A DNA stretch of 64,000 bases from a virus. Taxonomy: Duplodnaviria > Caudoviricetes. The first letter of the stretch is position 1; every line of letters starts with the position of its first letter. The stretch lies in the IMG/VR virus record IMGVR_UViG_3300025606_000003, positions 1 to 64,000 of that record; one strand, 5' to 3'. Shown in pieces: positions 56,101 through 64,000 of the stretch. Both the position numbers and the translations under genes were made by a program. The notes beneath the pieces are model-generated. The model saw only the letters and a list, made by a program, of their open reading frames with translations, was not told the origin of the DNA and did not search any database.

Positions 56101-58583
56101 AGGCTGTACTGTACTTGCTCGCGCGGCATGTACTTCATCTTGCCGTTGACCATCGCGGCAATCATGGGCAGCGTGCTTTTTTCTTCGCCCGGAAACGCCA
56201 GCGGCAATTCAGCCAGCTCGCCGGGTGTTTTGTACGTTGTCTCGCCTGTGCGCGTGTCAATTACGGGTGTGTAGATTTTGCCATCAGCGCCTTTGCGCGC
56301 GCCACGAGCAAAGCGCATGTCGACACCGACTTTTCCGCTGTTGCCGCACCAAAAACCGCAGCCGCCTTTTCGGCGCACGTAAAGCAGGCCGCCGGGCACG
56401 GTCGCGCAATACACCAGGCCGTCGTACTGTTGCCGGAAATAATGGCATTCGCCCTTGGGCGTATTCGGCAGCACTTGATGGCTAGTCTGTTTGTGTACGT
56501 GCACGACCCAGCAGCCGCCGACCGCTGCGTGAGGGCGCTTGTCGCGCTCGAACACGACTTTGCATGAATAACCCAGCCCAAAAGCCAGCCGCTCAAAATC
56601 AAGCGCGAGCTGGTGGCTGGCAGTGCAAAAACAAGTTCTTTCGCCGCGCTTGTTCTTGCGCCCTTCACTTTTCATCAGCGCGTCAAACAACCGAAAGCGG
56701 GCAGAAACCGGCGCATCCAAGAACTCTTCTGGGATCCAGCGGCCCGGGCTGCCGTGGAATTGCTTGAAATACGCCGCAACTTGTTTTGTCGCGATCGAAA
56801 ACGCCTTGCCGTGATAACCCCACTTAAACGGCAAGCGGCTCAACAACGCGCGGATTTGGTCGCAGTTTTCCGGATTGTGCTTTTGGCACTGCGTGATCTT
56901 AATCTGAAATTGCGACTTCTCCGGGCGATACACGCAGCTGCCCTCGCCCAAATACCAGCCGAGCAGTTCTGCCCAATCGTCCAACAAAACGTTGCCGACG
57001 ACAACCCGGTTATTGCTCTCGTAAACCGGCGCCGGAATGCTAAACACGGCGGCAGAAACGCCGCTGTACGGGTCAAAACCGGCAGAAAGAACACCGCGAA
57101 ACTTCAAGTGTGTCGTTTCGGCGGATTCGATTTTGTACGGCGCGCCTTCGTAAAGCGAGCGCACATACATCCGGTGATTCGGCGTCACAAGATAGTTAAT
57201 CTTGCCGGTAGCAGCGCCGTACATTTCGCCGACGTAGCGCGATTCGTGCAACTTTTCTGCCTTGTGGAACTCGAGCTGCCCGGCGACCAGGCAGGCAAAC
57301 TCGTCTCGCTCGGTGACGTCTGGCCACTTTTTCCAGCCACCGCGCGTCATAACCTCGGTTTGACTGTCGTAGCACTCGGGCGTGCGCAAGAAATCCACAA
57401 AACCAAGATGACTCGGCTGTACGCTGCGCGATTCTTGCGGCACGGCGTCAAGCGACCCGATGCCGCCTTCGCCCATGCGGGTCACGCGGGATTGATGATC
57501 GAAAATCTCGGCCGGATTGATTTCTTCAAGCGAGCTGCCCAACCCAGAGCCAATCAACGCAGCGCTGATGCCCTTGTTGAACACGCCAGTCGGAAGCCGA
57601 TCAAGATTTTTCTTGGCGGTTGCTTTCCAGAGAATCTGCCGCAACGTCTGCCGATCTTTTGTAAACCGCTCGGCGATCAAATCTTCCGGACCCACAACAG
57701 ATTGGTACGCCATGGCGTCGCGATCGTCCGGGTCGGCTTCTTTGCGATTGAGCGCGATGAGCTTCTTAGTGATCGCCAGAATTGCGTCCGGCGTAAGATT
57801 TTTGTATTCAGCGCCGAGCGTGCGCCGCGTGACATCTGGATCCATTTCCATGCGCGCAAATTCGTCGGCGATGGCTTTTTGTTTGCCGGCCGCGTCAATG
57901 CCCGGCACTGGTTTGTACACAAGTCGCTGGTACAGTTTGTCTAACGTGCCCGCGTCGCCTTTCTGCATATTGACGGCTGTAATGTCGTTGCCCCACGCAG
58001 CACGAATATCCTGATCGTGCGCGCCCATGGCTTTCAACAATGGCAACAGCGGAATTTTGGCCTGCCCAATATTGATGTTGAGCACGCCGGTTTTTGGATC
58101 CAAAAAGTAACGGTGCATGCGTCCTTTGCCAGGAAGCACATTGACGTGGGCTTCCAGCTCGCCGTTATCTTTTTCACGGGTGTAGACGCCGGGCTTCAGC
58201 CGCATCTGGTGTGCCAGCGTGTATTCAACACCGCGGTTCACAAACGTGCCAGAATCCGTGAGATACGGCACATGCGCCAGTGTTGTTTGCCGGCGGGCGA
58301 TTGGCTGGCCCGTCACATTGTCGGTAAGCGACCACGTGCCGGTCATACGCCGGTGCATAGAGTTACCGGTCAAAATAGCCGTCTTTTGATCAGCCTTGGT
58401 AAAACGCTCCGGCCCCGTGTACTTCACATCATGAAGCTGGAGCGTATAGAGATCGTTTTTAACCGGCTCAAGCGACGACGCACTGCGGAGCGCGCTGTCA
58501 AAGATGTTGTTACGCAGCGAACTGATGTCGCCAAACGCGCGCATTTGCGGCGCCGGAGAACCTGGAAGCATCGAGTCTGGCAT
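53175..58583 (-). CDS. rpoB: RNA polymerase beta + beta'-N-terminal fusion, intein-containing
   Basis: Beta motifs NYEDAVVIS, GDKLTGRYGDKGVV, MKLHH and KRVGMLD. Beta' motifs PVLPPLFRP, GRAVI, NRAPVLHR and catalytic ADFDGD. Confidence 0.95.
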   Translation of the reverse strand: MPDSMLPGSPAPQMRAFGDISSLRNNIFDSALRSASSLEPVKNDLYTLQLHDVKYTGPERFTKADQKTAILTGNSMHRRMTGTWSLTDNVTGQPIARRQTTLAHVPYLTDSGTFVNRGVEYTLAHQMRLKPGVYTREKDNGELEAHVNVLPGKGRMHRYFLDPKTGVLNINIGQAKIPLLPLLKAMGAHDQDIRAAWGNDITAVNMQKGDAGTLDKLYQRLVYKPVPGIDAAGKQKAIADEFARMEMDPDVTRRTLGAEYKNLTPDAILAITKKLIALNRKEADPDDRDAMAYQSVVGPEDLIAERFTKDRQTLRQILWKATAKKNLDRLPTGVFNKGISAALIGSGLGSSLEEINPAEIFDHQSRVTRMGEGGIGSLDAVPQESRSVQPSHLGFVDFLRTPECYDSQTEVMTRGGWKKWPDVTERDEFACLVAGQLEFHKAEKLHESRYVGEMYGAATGKINYLVTPNHRMYVRSLYEGAPYKIESAETTHLKFRGVLSAGFDPYSGVSAAVFSIPAPVYESNNRVVVGNVLLDDWAELLGWYLGEGSCVYRPEKSQFQIKITQCQKHNPENCDQIRALLSRLPFKWGYHGKAFSIATKQVAAYFKQFHGSPGRWIPEEFLDAPVSARFRLFDALMKSEGRKNKRGERTCFCTASHQLALDFERLAFGLGYSCKVVFERDKRPHAAVGGCWVVHVHKQTSHQVLPNTPKGECHYFRQQYDGLVYCATVPGGLLYVRRKGGCGFWCGNSGKVGVDMRFARGARKGADGKIYTPVIDTRTGETTYKTPGELAELPLAFPGEEKSTLPMIAAMVNGKMKYMPREQVQYSLPHMDNTFSALSNMVPMKSYMKGHRVIMASRMFTQALPLVGPEAPHVQSAIIGKDGTSHEDEMGEQLGAVRAQFHGQVVSTEPGKMVLRDRDGNKHDIDLYNEHPFNRKTFWHQTPTVQPGDVIQPGQLLAHSNFTDPAGSAALGKNLRVAYLPYHGKNYEDAVVISQSTARKLTSEHMYQHAAEWTDSSHAGKKAFIALFPGEYDKKQLDNFDDKGAIKKGAVVQFGDPLILHAKAKETTYGKVHRGRAGNFSNESETWDHHSPGIVTDVAHTNKGVQVVVKTQAEMQVGDKLTGRYGDKGVVADIVPDHQMPHDKDGSPYEVLVSPLGLISRVNPAQVIEAALGKVAAKTGQPFKLKDFDGSVDLVDFAQKELGKHGLSDTEDVVDPETGRKIKGVLTGSRFFMKLHHTAEGKGQGRAMGSYTAEGTPAKGGSEGAKRVGMLDLGALLSHGAGKVIRDAKMVRGQANPEYWSQFMAGYTPPLPKVPHVYEKFVNQLKGAGINTVRTGSQTHIMALTDKDVDDMAGGREIENSETVDWKGRLKPIAGGLFDEKLTGGHGGNRWAKISLHEPMPNPVMEEPIRRVLGLTEKEYRNVLAGEAKIHDETGPKAIQNALSRINLPKMLEQVREDIKSGRKTLRDAAVRKLGYLKNAEQTGVHPKDWMLTKMPVLPPLFRPVSTMGNKKLPLVADANYLYKELLDANSTLKEASGALESYGDERLALYDTMKAVTGLGDPTQPKNQERRVKGFLSHIFGSSPKYGTVQRKLLSTTVDLVGRAVITPNPDLNMDEVALPEDKAWAVYKPFVVRGLVRRGLPRMQALQAVEDRNKQAMAELETQMSSRPIVINRAPVLHRYGMMAFYPKLTKNKVMEVNPVITKGFGADFDGDAMQYHVPSTEDAAKEAVEKMLPSKNLFATSNFKAHYVPNADYQTGVYLASSRIDKKAKPRVYRSTQDAINAYRRGELDVDSPVHIVES
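56340..57374 (-). mobile_element. Intein (345 aa) with LAGLIDADG-type endonuclease
   Basis: TPE|CYDSQTEV...VTPNHRM...LLGWYLGEGS...VYCATVPGG...WCGN|SGKVG. Confidence 0.92.
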
Positions 58584-58588
58584 GTCGA

Positions 58589-59422
58589 TTACTCATGTGT
58601 CGGCTGCGTGGCCATCTGCTTAATCTGCGCCAGCTGATCGGGATCAACGTACACGTCAGGCAATCCGCGCATCCGCGCTCGGCTAGCCCGCGCCTTCGCA
58701 ACGTTTTCGCCGCGCGTGCGCTCTGCTGTGCGATCGTACATGTACTTTCCGCCAACACCGGCAGCGGCAAGAGACGCCAGTACTTGCGTCGTCGCGACGC
58801 CGTGCGGCACGGTGTTGGTCAAAAAGTTCCACGGCACGCTGAGCACGTCTGTAATGCTCGGCGCGGCCCACTTTTCATATACGGCGTCAAGCGCGGCCGC
58901 AGACTTGTCTTGTCCGCTGAGAATGGCGTAATAGCGCTGGCGTTCTTTTTCAACCTCATCCTTGGCTTCTTGCTTGTCTTTGTGCTTCACAATGGAATTG
59001 ACCAGCGCCCCACCACCTAAAACGCCGCCGCCCAAAGCGCCAAAATTCATCGCCGTACCGAAAGCGTCCCGATACAGGTTGGGCATATACGAGCCAAGTT
59101 CGTCGCCCGACCGCAACCCAACCGGGCTAAAGATCGTGTCGGAAATACGCCCCGGAACAGAGCCAATCAAACTGGCGATATTGTTGTAAACGTTTTCAGT
59201 AGTTGAGCTAGCCGTCTTGACGTCTGGGGCCGCAAGCGTGGGTGCACCCGGGGCAAAATCCTGATAGCTAGTTTCTTTCTTGTTGGCCGGCTTCAACGCT
59301 CGAATAAGCTGCCACAGCGCCATACCGCCGACGCCGACACCAGCGCCGGTCGCCAGGTTTGTCAAAACCTGTTTGCCTAATGCGGCCTCGTCAAACGCAG
59401 CTGTTTTGTTTGCTGTAGTCAT
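58589..59422 (-). CDS. Glycine-zipper protein (putative internal/ejection protein)
   Basis: Three Gly-rich hydrophobic segments; KTA (x2), KSA and KWA motifs. Start at ATG 59422. Confidence 0.55.
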   Translation of the reverse strand: MTTANKTAAFDEAALGKQVLTNLATGAGVGVGGMALWQLIRALKPANKKETSYQDFAPGAPTLAAPDVKTASSTTENVYNNIASLIGSVPGRISDTIFSPVGLRSGDELGSYMPNLYRDAFGTAMNFGALGGGVLGGGALVNSIVKHKDKQEAKDEVEKERQRYYAILSGQDKSAAALDAVYEKWAAPSITDVLSVPWNFLTNTVPHGVATTQVLASLAAAGVGGKYMYDRTAERTRGENVAKARASRARMRGLPDVYVDPDQLAQIKQMATQPTHE

Positions 59423-59427
59423 AGTTG

Positions 59428-59775
59428 TCACTTTGGCGGCAGCATTCCGTACACCTGAAACCATTCCAGCCAGGCGCGGTAATGTTTTTTTTCTTCATCC
59501 CAGTTGTCATTACGACGCACAAGCCTGTACCAGCCATTGACTATTTTATCATTCACGTCGTCAAACTCGGCTTTTTGGGCGTCGTCCCAAAGCTCAAACA
59601 TTTTTGACTTAAAGTCCAGCCGAAGATCGAGATTATCAAGCTCGGCCTGCTTGAGATCGGGCTGGGGGCCCGGGCGTTTCAGCACAGGGAAGCCGTCTGG
59701 CGTACCGGGCCAATTCAACTGCGCGCCGCCGTGCGCCGGGCCGCCTAATTCACCGTAGTACTTGTGCATGCTCAT
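59428..59775 (-). CDS. Hypothetical protein
   Basis: 115-aa ORF in operon order. Confidence 0.6.
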   Translation of the reverse strand: MSMHKYYGELGGPAHGGAQLNWPGTPDGFPVLKRPGPQPDLKQAELDNLDLRLDFKSKMFELWDDAQKAEFDDVNDKIVNGWYRLVRRNDNWDEEKKHYRAWLEWFQVYGMLPPK

Positions 59776-59785
59776 AATTTACGCC

Positions 59786-60160
59786 TTACATGGCAGATCG
59801 GTACTGCTTCGACTTCCTGTGCGCTTGCAGCCGGTCGGCGTAAACGCGGTACGTGTGCGCCAGCTCTTGAGCTTTCACCTGATCTTCGTCAATTTTTGGC
59901 TCGAGCATCTTTGCCGCACCCCAACCCCCCGCGGCGCCGGCAGTTAAACCTCCAGCGACGGGCAACCAGTACAGCGCGTTCATTGCGGACGGCGCAAATT
60001 TACTGGTAGTACTCATCGCAGCCCGTAGTGTTGCCAACGCCGTAAGCGGATTGACAGCGACTTTTTCAAGCCGGGCTGTTAACTGGTCGCCTGTAAGGCG
60101 CTCTTCCGCACACCGAGTCAAAAAACCTAACTTGAAAGCTTCTTTAGCGGCGTCAGACAT
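59786..60160 (-). CDS. Small glycine-zipper protein
   Basis: AFKLGFL...EKVA...AGGLTAGAAGGWGAAK. Confidence 0.55.
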   Translation of the reverse strand: MSDAAKEAFKLGFLTRCAEERLTGDQLTARLEKVAVNPLTALATLRAAMSTTSKFAPSAMNALYWLPVAGGLTAGAAGGWGAAKMLEPKIDEDQVKAQELAHTYRVYADRLQAHRKSKQYRSAM

Positions 60161-60648
60161 CAGAAATCTCCCGGCAAAATGAGTTTTTTAGGCTGCGCGC
60201 CCAGCGTGAAATCAGGCATGACGTGTTTGCCGGTATTTTGCCCCAGCGGCAGCGCACCAGGCGCGGCGGTCTTAAAGTTGGCTGCCGCGGCCAAAGACAC
60301 GCGGCTCCGACTGTGCGGGCGGTGTCGCGCAAACCAGGCTGCGACCTCGGGGTCGTCGCGATCGCCTTGTTCTTTAGCCTCTTTGCAGCACGCCACCATG
60401 TTCTCAATTGCCTGCTGTAACTCCAAACGGTCGGAAACAATCCAAGCGCGCCCAGGATTGCTAATTGCCTGCTGCCGCAGCCTTCCCGCTTCGTCGGAAA
60501 TGGCTTTTGCTCGCAAAAGAAACTCTTTTCGCGTCAAAACGAAAAAAGAGCCGTCGTCTTCGTCGTGCAAGCAGACAAAACCGTTGCGGGCGTAAAACTT
60601 CAGGCCGCGAAACGTGTAACATTTTCCCGTGACATCAGCGACAGGCAT
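60160..60648 (-). CDS. Hypothetical protein
   Basis: 162 aa, AAGGTG SD, coupled to the downstream gene. Confidence 0.6.
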   Translation of the reverse strand: MPVADVTGKCYTFRGLKFYARNGFVCLHDEDDGSFFVLTRKEFLLRAKAISDEAGRLRQQAISNPGRAWIVSDRLELQQAIENMVACCKEAKEQGDRDDPEVAAWFARHRPHSRSRVSLAAAANFKTAAPGALPLGQNTGKHVMPDFTLGAQPKKLILPGDF

Positions 60649-60657
60649 AAAACACCT

Positions 60658-61050
60658 TTAGTTGCCAAGTTTTCCGGGCGGGCACTTACCGTCCGGGCAA
60701 TTTGCGGGCAACGTAGTAGCCGGCACGCTTTGCACGGGAGCAGCGCGGAAGAGCGCAGGGGCCGGCGGCATTTCGCGCAGGGGAAGCGTCGTAACTGGCA
60801 GCACGCGCCCAGTCCCTTTACACGGTTTACATGTGTTCATGACAATCCCGTCGCCGACTTTTCCGACTCCGTTGCAGTTGGGGCAGATGTCGCCGGGCTG
60901 CGGGATTGTTTTGTCGGGCGTACTAGGAAGCAGAGTAGCATAAGCAGCCTCTGCAGCGACCACGGCGACATAATCTTTCGCGGGCGCTTGTGCATTGGCT
61001 GTACCCGCGGCAGCTGGCGCTGAAAACAACAAAAAAAGCCATTCAAACAT
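60658..61050 (-). CDS. Secreted protein with DnaJ-type CxxCxGxG zinc finger
   Basis: Signal-peptide-like N-terminus; CPNCNGVG and CKPCKGTG; C-terminal CPDGKCP. Confidence 0.65.
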   Translation of the reverse strand: MFEWLFLLFSAPAAAGTANAQAPAKDYVAVVAAEAAYATLLPSTPDKTIPQPGDICPNCNGVGKVGDGIVMNTCKPCKGTGRVLPVTTLPLREMPPAPALFRAAPVQSVPATTLPANCPDGKCPPGKLGN

Positions 61051-61061
61051 GGGCCTGCTCC

Positions 61062-62087
61062 TTAAATGTTACCAAGTGCGCCATAACTCTTGAGCTTCTT
61101 CCGGGGCCAGCCGTTTACGCCGGAAAACGCAATCATGTCTCGGTTTTTGATGTCCGACCATTTCACCCAAAATGCGCCAGTTGGAATGTCGATAAACGTG
61201 CCAAAAATGCGTTTACCACCCTCGTTCCAATCGCCCCAACTTTGCTGCAACATTACAAGCGGCCCGCCGTACAGCTTGTGAATCTCCGGCCGGTCGTCAC
61301 AGGCCAGGTAGGCCATGGCGTGTCCCCAAGAGCCTTTGCGCGAGCTGACGCCGTTTGCGTCACGCTGGTCAGAAAAGCCCTCGCTGCCACACGAGCTTAC
61401 GGCATAACCGTTCGCCAGCATGTCGCGCAGCTCTTCAAAGCTGTTCAGCACGGTGGCTGTGCGCAGCAGATGGTTCTTGCCAATCTCGAGCCAGCTGGCG
61501 GGCGGAGCACTCCCGCCGTACCTGCCCGCGTTCCGGGAGCTGTACTCTGTGAGATCCAGGCCAATCTCGGGATAGTCCTTGCGCAGCCACAGGCCGGATT
61601 TCTTAATCGCGACCTGCGCCGCGTCAGAACAAAACCAGCCGTCGCCGGAGTGCCCGCGGAAGTTGTAAAACGCCTCGGTACTGAGCACGCCGCTGGCGAT
61701 GCCCCTAGCGCTAACCTCGGGCGCGCCTTCCAGCTTGCCGGTCACTTCGTCGGGCTTGGCGCTGGTGATCTCCGCGCACATGGTGCCTAAGCACGCATTG
61801 CGGGTCGACCAGCTGACGCAGTCGCCGCGACCCTGTGCGCCGCCCGGCAGGCAGCCCGGATAGAGCGCGTAGATCTCTCGAAAGAGCAGCGTGAGCTTGT
61901 TTTTGCCGGTTTCTTCCAGGCCGAACTGCGAGCAGGCTATCGCCCCCTCGGGCACGCCGCCGTCCGCTGCGATCATGGCCTTCAGCGCGGCGATACGCTC
62001 GGGATCGCAAGAAGCACCGATGAAGCCGTCTTCATACGCCTTGCGAATATCGACGACAGAGTTGAAAAACACCGGTTCGTTGGCCAT
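61062..62087 (-). CDS. Papain-like (C1) cysteine peptidase
   Basis: QGRGDCVSW (Gln/Cys), WGHAM (His), QQSWGDW. Confidence 0.8.
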   Translation of the reverse strand: MANEPVFFNSVVDIRKAYEDGFIGASCDPERIAALKAMIAADGGVPEGAIACSQFGLEETGKNKLTLLFREIYALYPGCLPGGAQGRGDCVSWSTRNACLGTMCAEITSAKPDEVTGKLEGAPEVSARGIASGVLSTEAFYNFRGHSGDGWFCSDAAQVAIKKSGLWLRKDYPEIGLDLTEYSSRNAGRYGGSAPPASWLEIGKNHLLRTATVLNSFEELRDMLANGYAVSSCGSEGFSDQRDANGVSSRKGSWGHAMAYLACDDRPEIHKLYGGPLVMLQQSWGDWNEGGKRIFGTFIDIPTGAFWVKWSDIKNRDMIAFSGVNGWPRKKLKSYGALGNI

Positions 62088-62111
62088 GACTCCCTCCGTG
62101 GAGCGGCAGAA

Positions 62112-62142
62112 AGGCCGGCGCAGGGGTTACCTGCGCCGGCCT
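62112..62142 (-). terminator. 13-bp hairpin, terminator-like
   Basis: aggccggcgcagg-ggtta-cctgcgccggcct, followed by a short T run on the minus strand. Confidence 0.55.
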
Positions 62143-62152
62143 CTCATAGATA

Positions 62153-62590
62153 TCAAACCTCGTCGGACGGGCGCTCGGACACCAGCGTCACGCTAAACGA
62201 GCCCGGCGTCGAGGGCCGGAGCGTGTCGGACGCCACGAACTCGACCACCGCCGGCTCCGAGTAGTTCCCGGCGTCGTCCACGTCGACCAGCGACAGCACG
62301 ACGTTCGAGTTCTGCGCAACCTCGATCGTGCCCAGATCCGTCGCCGCGCCCTCGTACGACTTCGAGCCCTCGGAAACCCCGTCTACGGTCACCGTCAGCT
62401 GCCGGGAAACCACGTCATGGTCGACCGGAGCGCCCACCGTCACCTGATACGTCAAAACATCAGCCATAGGACTTTTTCCTTTCTGGGAAACCATCAACAA
62501 CACAGGCCGCGAAACAGTTGGTCGTTTGTTGAGCCACGCGAAGCAGATAAGCAACAGCAGCGCGGCAAGAACTGTAAATAACTTAAGCAT
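62153..62590 (-). CDS. Signal-anchored protein with fibronectin/Ig-like domain (second possible start at 62467)
   Basis: Hydrophobic N-terminus; DVDDAGNYSEP...DTLRPSTPG FN3-like motif. Confidence 0.55.
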   Translation of the reverse strand: MLKLFTVLAALLLLICFAWLNKRPTVSRPVLLMVSQKGKSPMADVLTYQVTVGAPVDHDVVSRQLTVTVDGVSEGSKSYEGAATDLGTIEVAQNSNVVLSLVDVDDAGNYSEPAVVEFVASDTLRPSTPGSFSVTLVSERPSDEV

Positions 62591-62602
62591 GCTAACATAA
62601 CC

Positions 62603-63085
62603 TCACTGCGCAGAAGCCGCCACAATGTCGCACGCCTCAATGATCAGCGCTTTCGTCTTCTCGTCAGCTGGCACGACTTCTTTGTCTTTACCGAGCTTGG
62701 ACTCAAACACAGCCTCGATCGCTGTGTCCAGATCTTCGTATTTACCCTGAAGCGCCGTGTCGCCGATGGCAAGATTCAGGTGGTTCGCGTGCAACAGCTC
62801 CCACTGCTCGGTGGTCTTGATCAGCTTTTCTTTGTCTCGGCGCACAATGTCCGCGAGCGCCCGGTACAGCCCGTTGATGTGCGCCTTGTCAGCCGCGGGG
62901 GCCTTCGCCAAGATCTCGACGATCTTGGGATCCGCCGGCACAGTTGGCGCTGGCGCGGGCGCGGGGGCCGGCGTCACAGGCTTCGCCGGACGCGCAAACT
63001 GCGGCCCGTGCGGAAACACAATCGATACCGCCAGCAGCAGCCCGGCGAGCCAGACCAGCGGCGCAGCAGAGTTCTTCTTGATCAT
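62603..63085 (-). CDS. Signal-anchored membrane protein with Pro-Ala linker
   Basis: N-terminal TM segment, then PVTPAPAPAPAP and a helical domain. Confidence 0.6.
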   Translation of the reverse strand: MIKKNSAAPLVWLAGLLLAVSIVFPHGPQFARPAKPVTPAPAPAPAPTVPADPKIVEILAKAPAADKAHINGLYRALADIVRRDKEKLIKTTEQWELLHANHLNLAIGDTALQGKYEDLDTAIEAVFESKLGKDKEVVPADEKTKALIIEACDIVAASAQ

Positions 63086-63375
63086 ACAACACCCTTCGAC
63101 GGTTGCTGGTACTCCACGATCACGCGCAGCAGCACGGTGCAGGCTTCTACGCCTTCCTTGCAGCCTTCCGCCGACAGGCGGTCTCGCAGGTTCGTCACCG
63201 ACACGATGTCGTTCACCAGATTCACGGCGATCGACGGCTGCACCACCGGCACATCACCGACAGACACGGCAGTCTTGCCAAACAGCGACCGCGCAACGGC
63301 GACAAGCTGCTGGCGGTACACAAGCCCGGCGACGAGCGCAAACAGCCCGGCGCACAGCGATTGAAACTCAGTCAT
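63082..63375 (-). CDS. Small membrane protein (holin-like position)
   Basis: N-terminal TM segment; GGAG SD before the ATG at 63375. Confidence 0.45.
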   Translation of the reverse strand: MTEFQSLCAGLFALVAGLVYRQQLVAVARSLFGKTAVSVGDVPVVQPSIAVNLVNDIVSVTNLRDRLSAEGCKEGVEACTVLLRVIVEYQQPSKGVV

Positions 63376-63416
63376 AAAGCACTCCAGTCTTAAAATACAG
63401 GGTTTACACCAGTGTA

Positions 63417-64000
63417 TCACGTTTTAGGAACGAGAATGTACGGCTTGCCATTGATAACGATTGTGCCGCCCAAATGCACTGACGCGTCGCTAGTCATCGG
63501 CAACGGGTTTTTACGCTTGCCATACAGCTCCACGATTTCCCGCACATCGCCAGCCTGCGGCTCAGTGACATTCGGGTCGTAATACGGCGCCATCAGGTTG
63601 CCCTTCGCTAAATGCGGCAGGCCCAACGCGTGACCCAGCTCGTGGCAAATCACAGCCACGGCCATGTTGAAGCTCCAGTCCTCGGCTTCATCAAACATTT
63701 GATCAAGCTGGATGCGCTCGTGCACGTCGCAAGGCAGCTCGCTCCACGCCAGCGTGCCGCCACGGTCATCCAGGCCGGCTTTTCGGCCTTTACCTGACCT
63801 GGCCAGAATATTGGCCTGCTCAGCCACGTCAGCGCGTTTGGGCTCGATGTCGCACACCGCCGCCCACTGCGAGAACGCAATGTCGTAGGCTTGCCGGGCC
63901 TGTTCTACTGAAATGCCCGGCAGCTGGATGTTCGGGAAGTACGTGATGTTCTTGTGCGGCCACCGACACGTCGAGTCGGCCGCCGAAAAATTGAAATCTG
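63417..64000 (-). CDS. Matrixin (M10) zinc metalloprotease, partial (start beyond the right edge)
   Basis: HELGHALGLPH and Met-turn NLMAPYY. The same frame at the window edge reads DFNFSAADSTCRWPHKNITY, matching an MMP catalytic-domain start. Confidence 0.85.
   Translation of the reverse strand, partial: DFNFSAADSTCRWPHKNITYFPNIQLPGISVEQARQAYDIAFSQWAAVCDIEPKRADVAEQANILARSGKGRKAGLDDRGGTLAWSELPCDVHERIQLDQMFDEAEDWSFNMAVAVICHELGHALGLPHLAKGNLMAPYYDPNVTEPQAGDVREIVELYGKRKNPLPMTSDASVHLGGTIVINGKPYILVPKT

Noticed and set aside
1-64000. CRISPR array, tRNAs, diversity-generating retroelement, integrase, alternative genetic code
   Set aside because: No repeat-spacer array, cloverleaf, reverse transcriptase or recombinase motifs were seen. 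TAA, TAG and TGA all end tightly packed genes under code 11.

Overview
This is a 64-kb segment of a large, GC-rich contractile-tailed (myovirus-like) phage or prophage. Essentially all genes are on the minus strand, tightly packed and often overlapping. In transcription order (right to left) the window holds: (1) a protease/membrane-protein cassette (matrixin M10 metalloprotease, holin-like and signal-anchored proteins, papain-like C1 protease); (2) a multi-subunit RNA polymerase, encoded as an intein-containing beta+beta'-N fusion (catalytic DFDGD) plus a separate beta'-C gene; (3) a head module (fibre-like proteins, prohead protease, scaffolds, decoration protein, major capsid protein, adaptor); (4) a ~600-nt, densely base-paired non-coding region; (5) neck, sheath, tube, spike, tail chaperones with a candidate -1 frameshift, tape measure and baseplate genes, with a sigma-70-family factor embedded among them; (6) a GIY-YIG endonuclease, five tandem Cys-rich paralogues, and a long Cys/Pro-repeat, Ser-rich fibre ORF that runs off the left edge and is missing from the ORF track. 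The best leads are the large structured RNA candidate, the unusual RNAP architecture (fused, split, both beta' zinc sites lost), a K-x-A motif concentrated in head proteins (candidate maturation-protease site), and the five-paralogue cluster. All product calls come from motif recognition by eye and from gene order; no database searches or folding programs were run.
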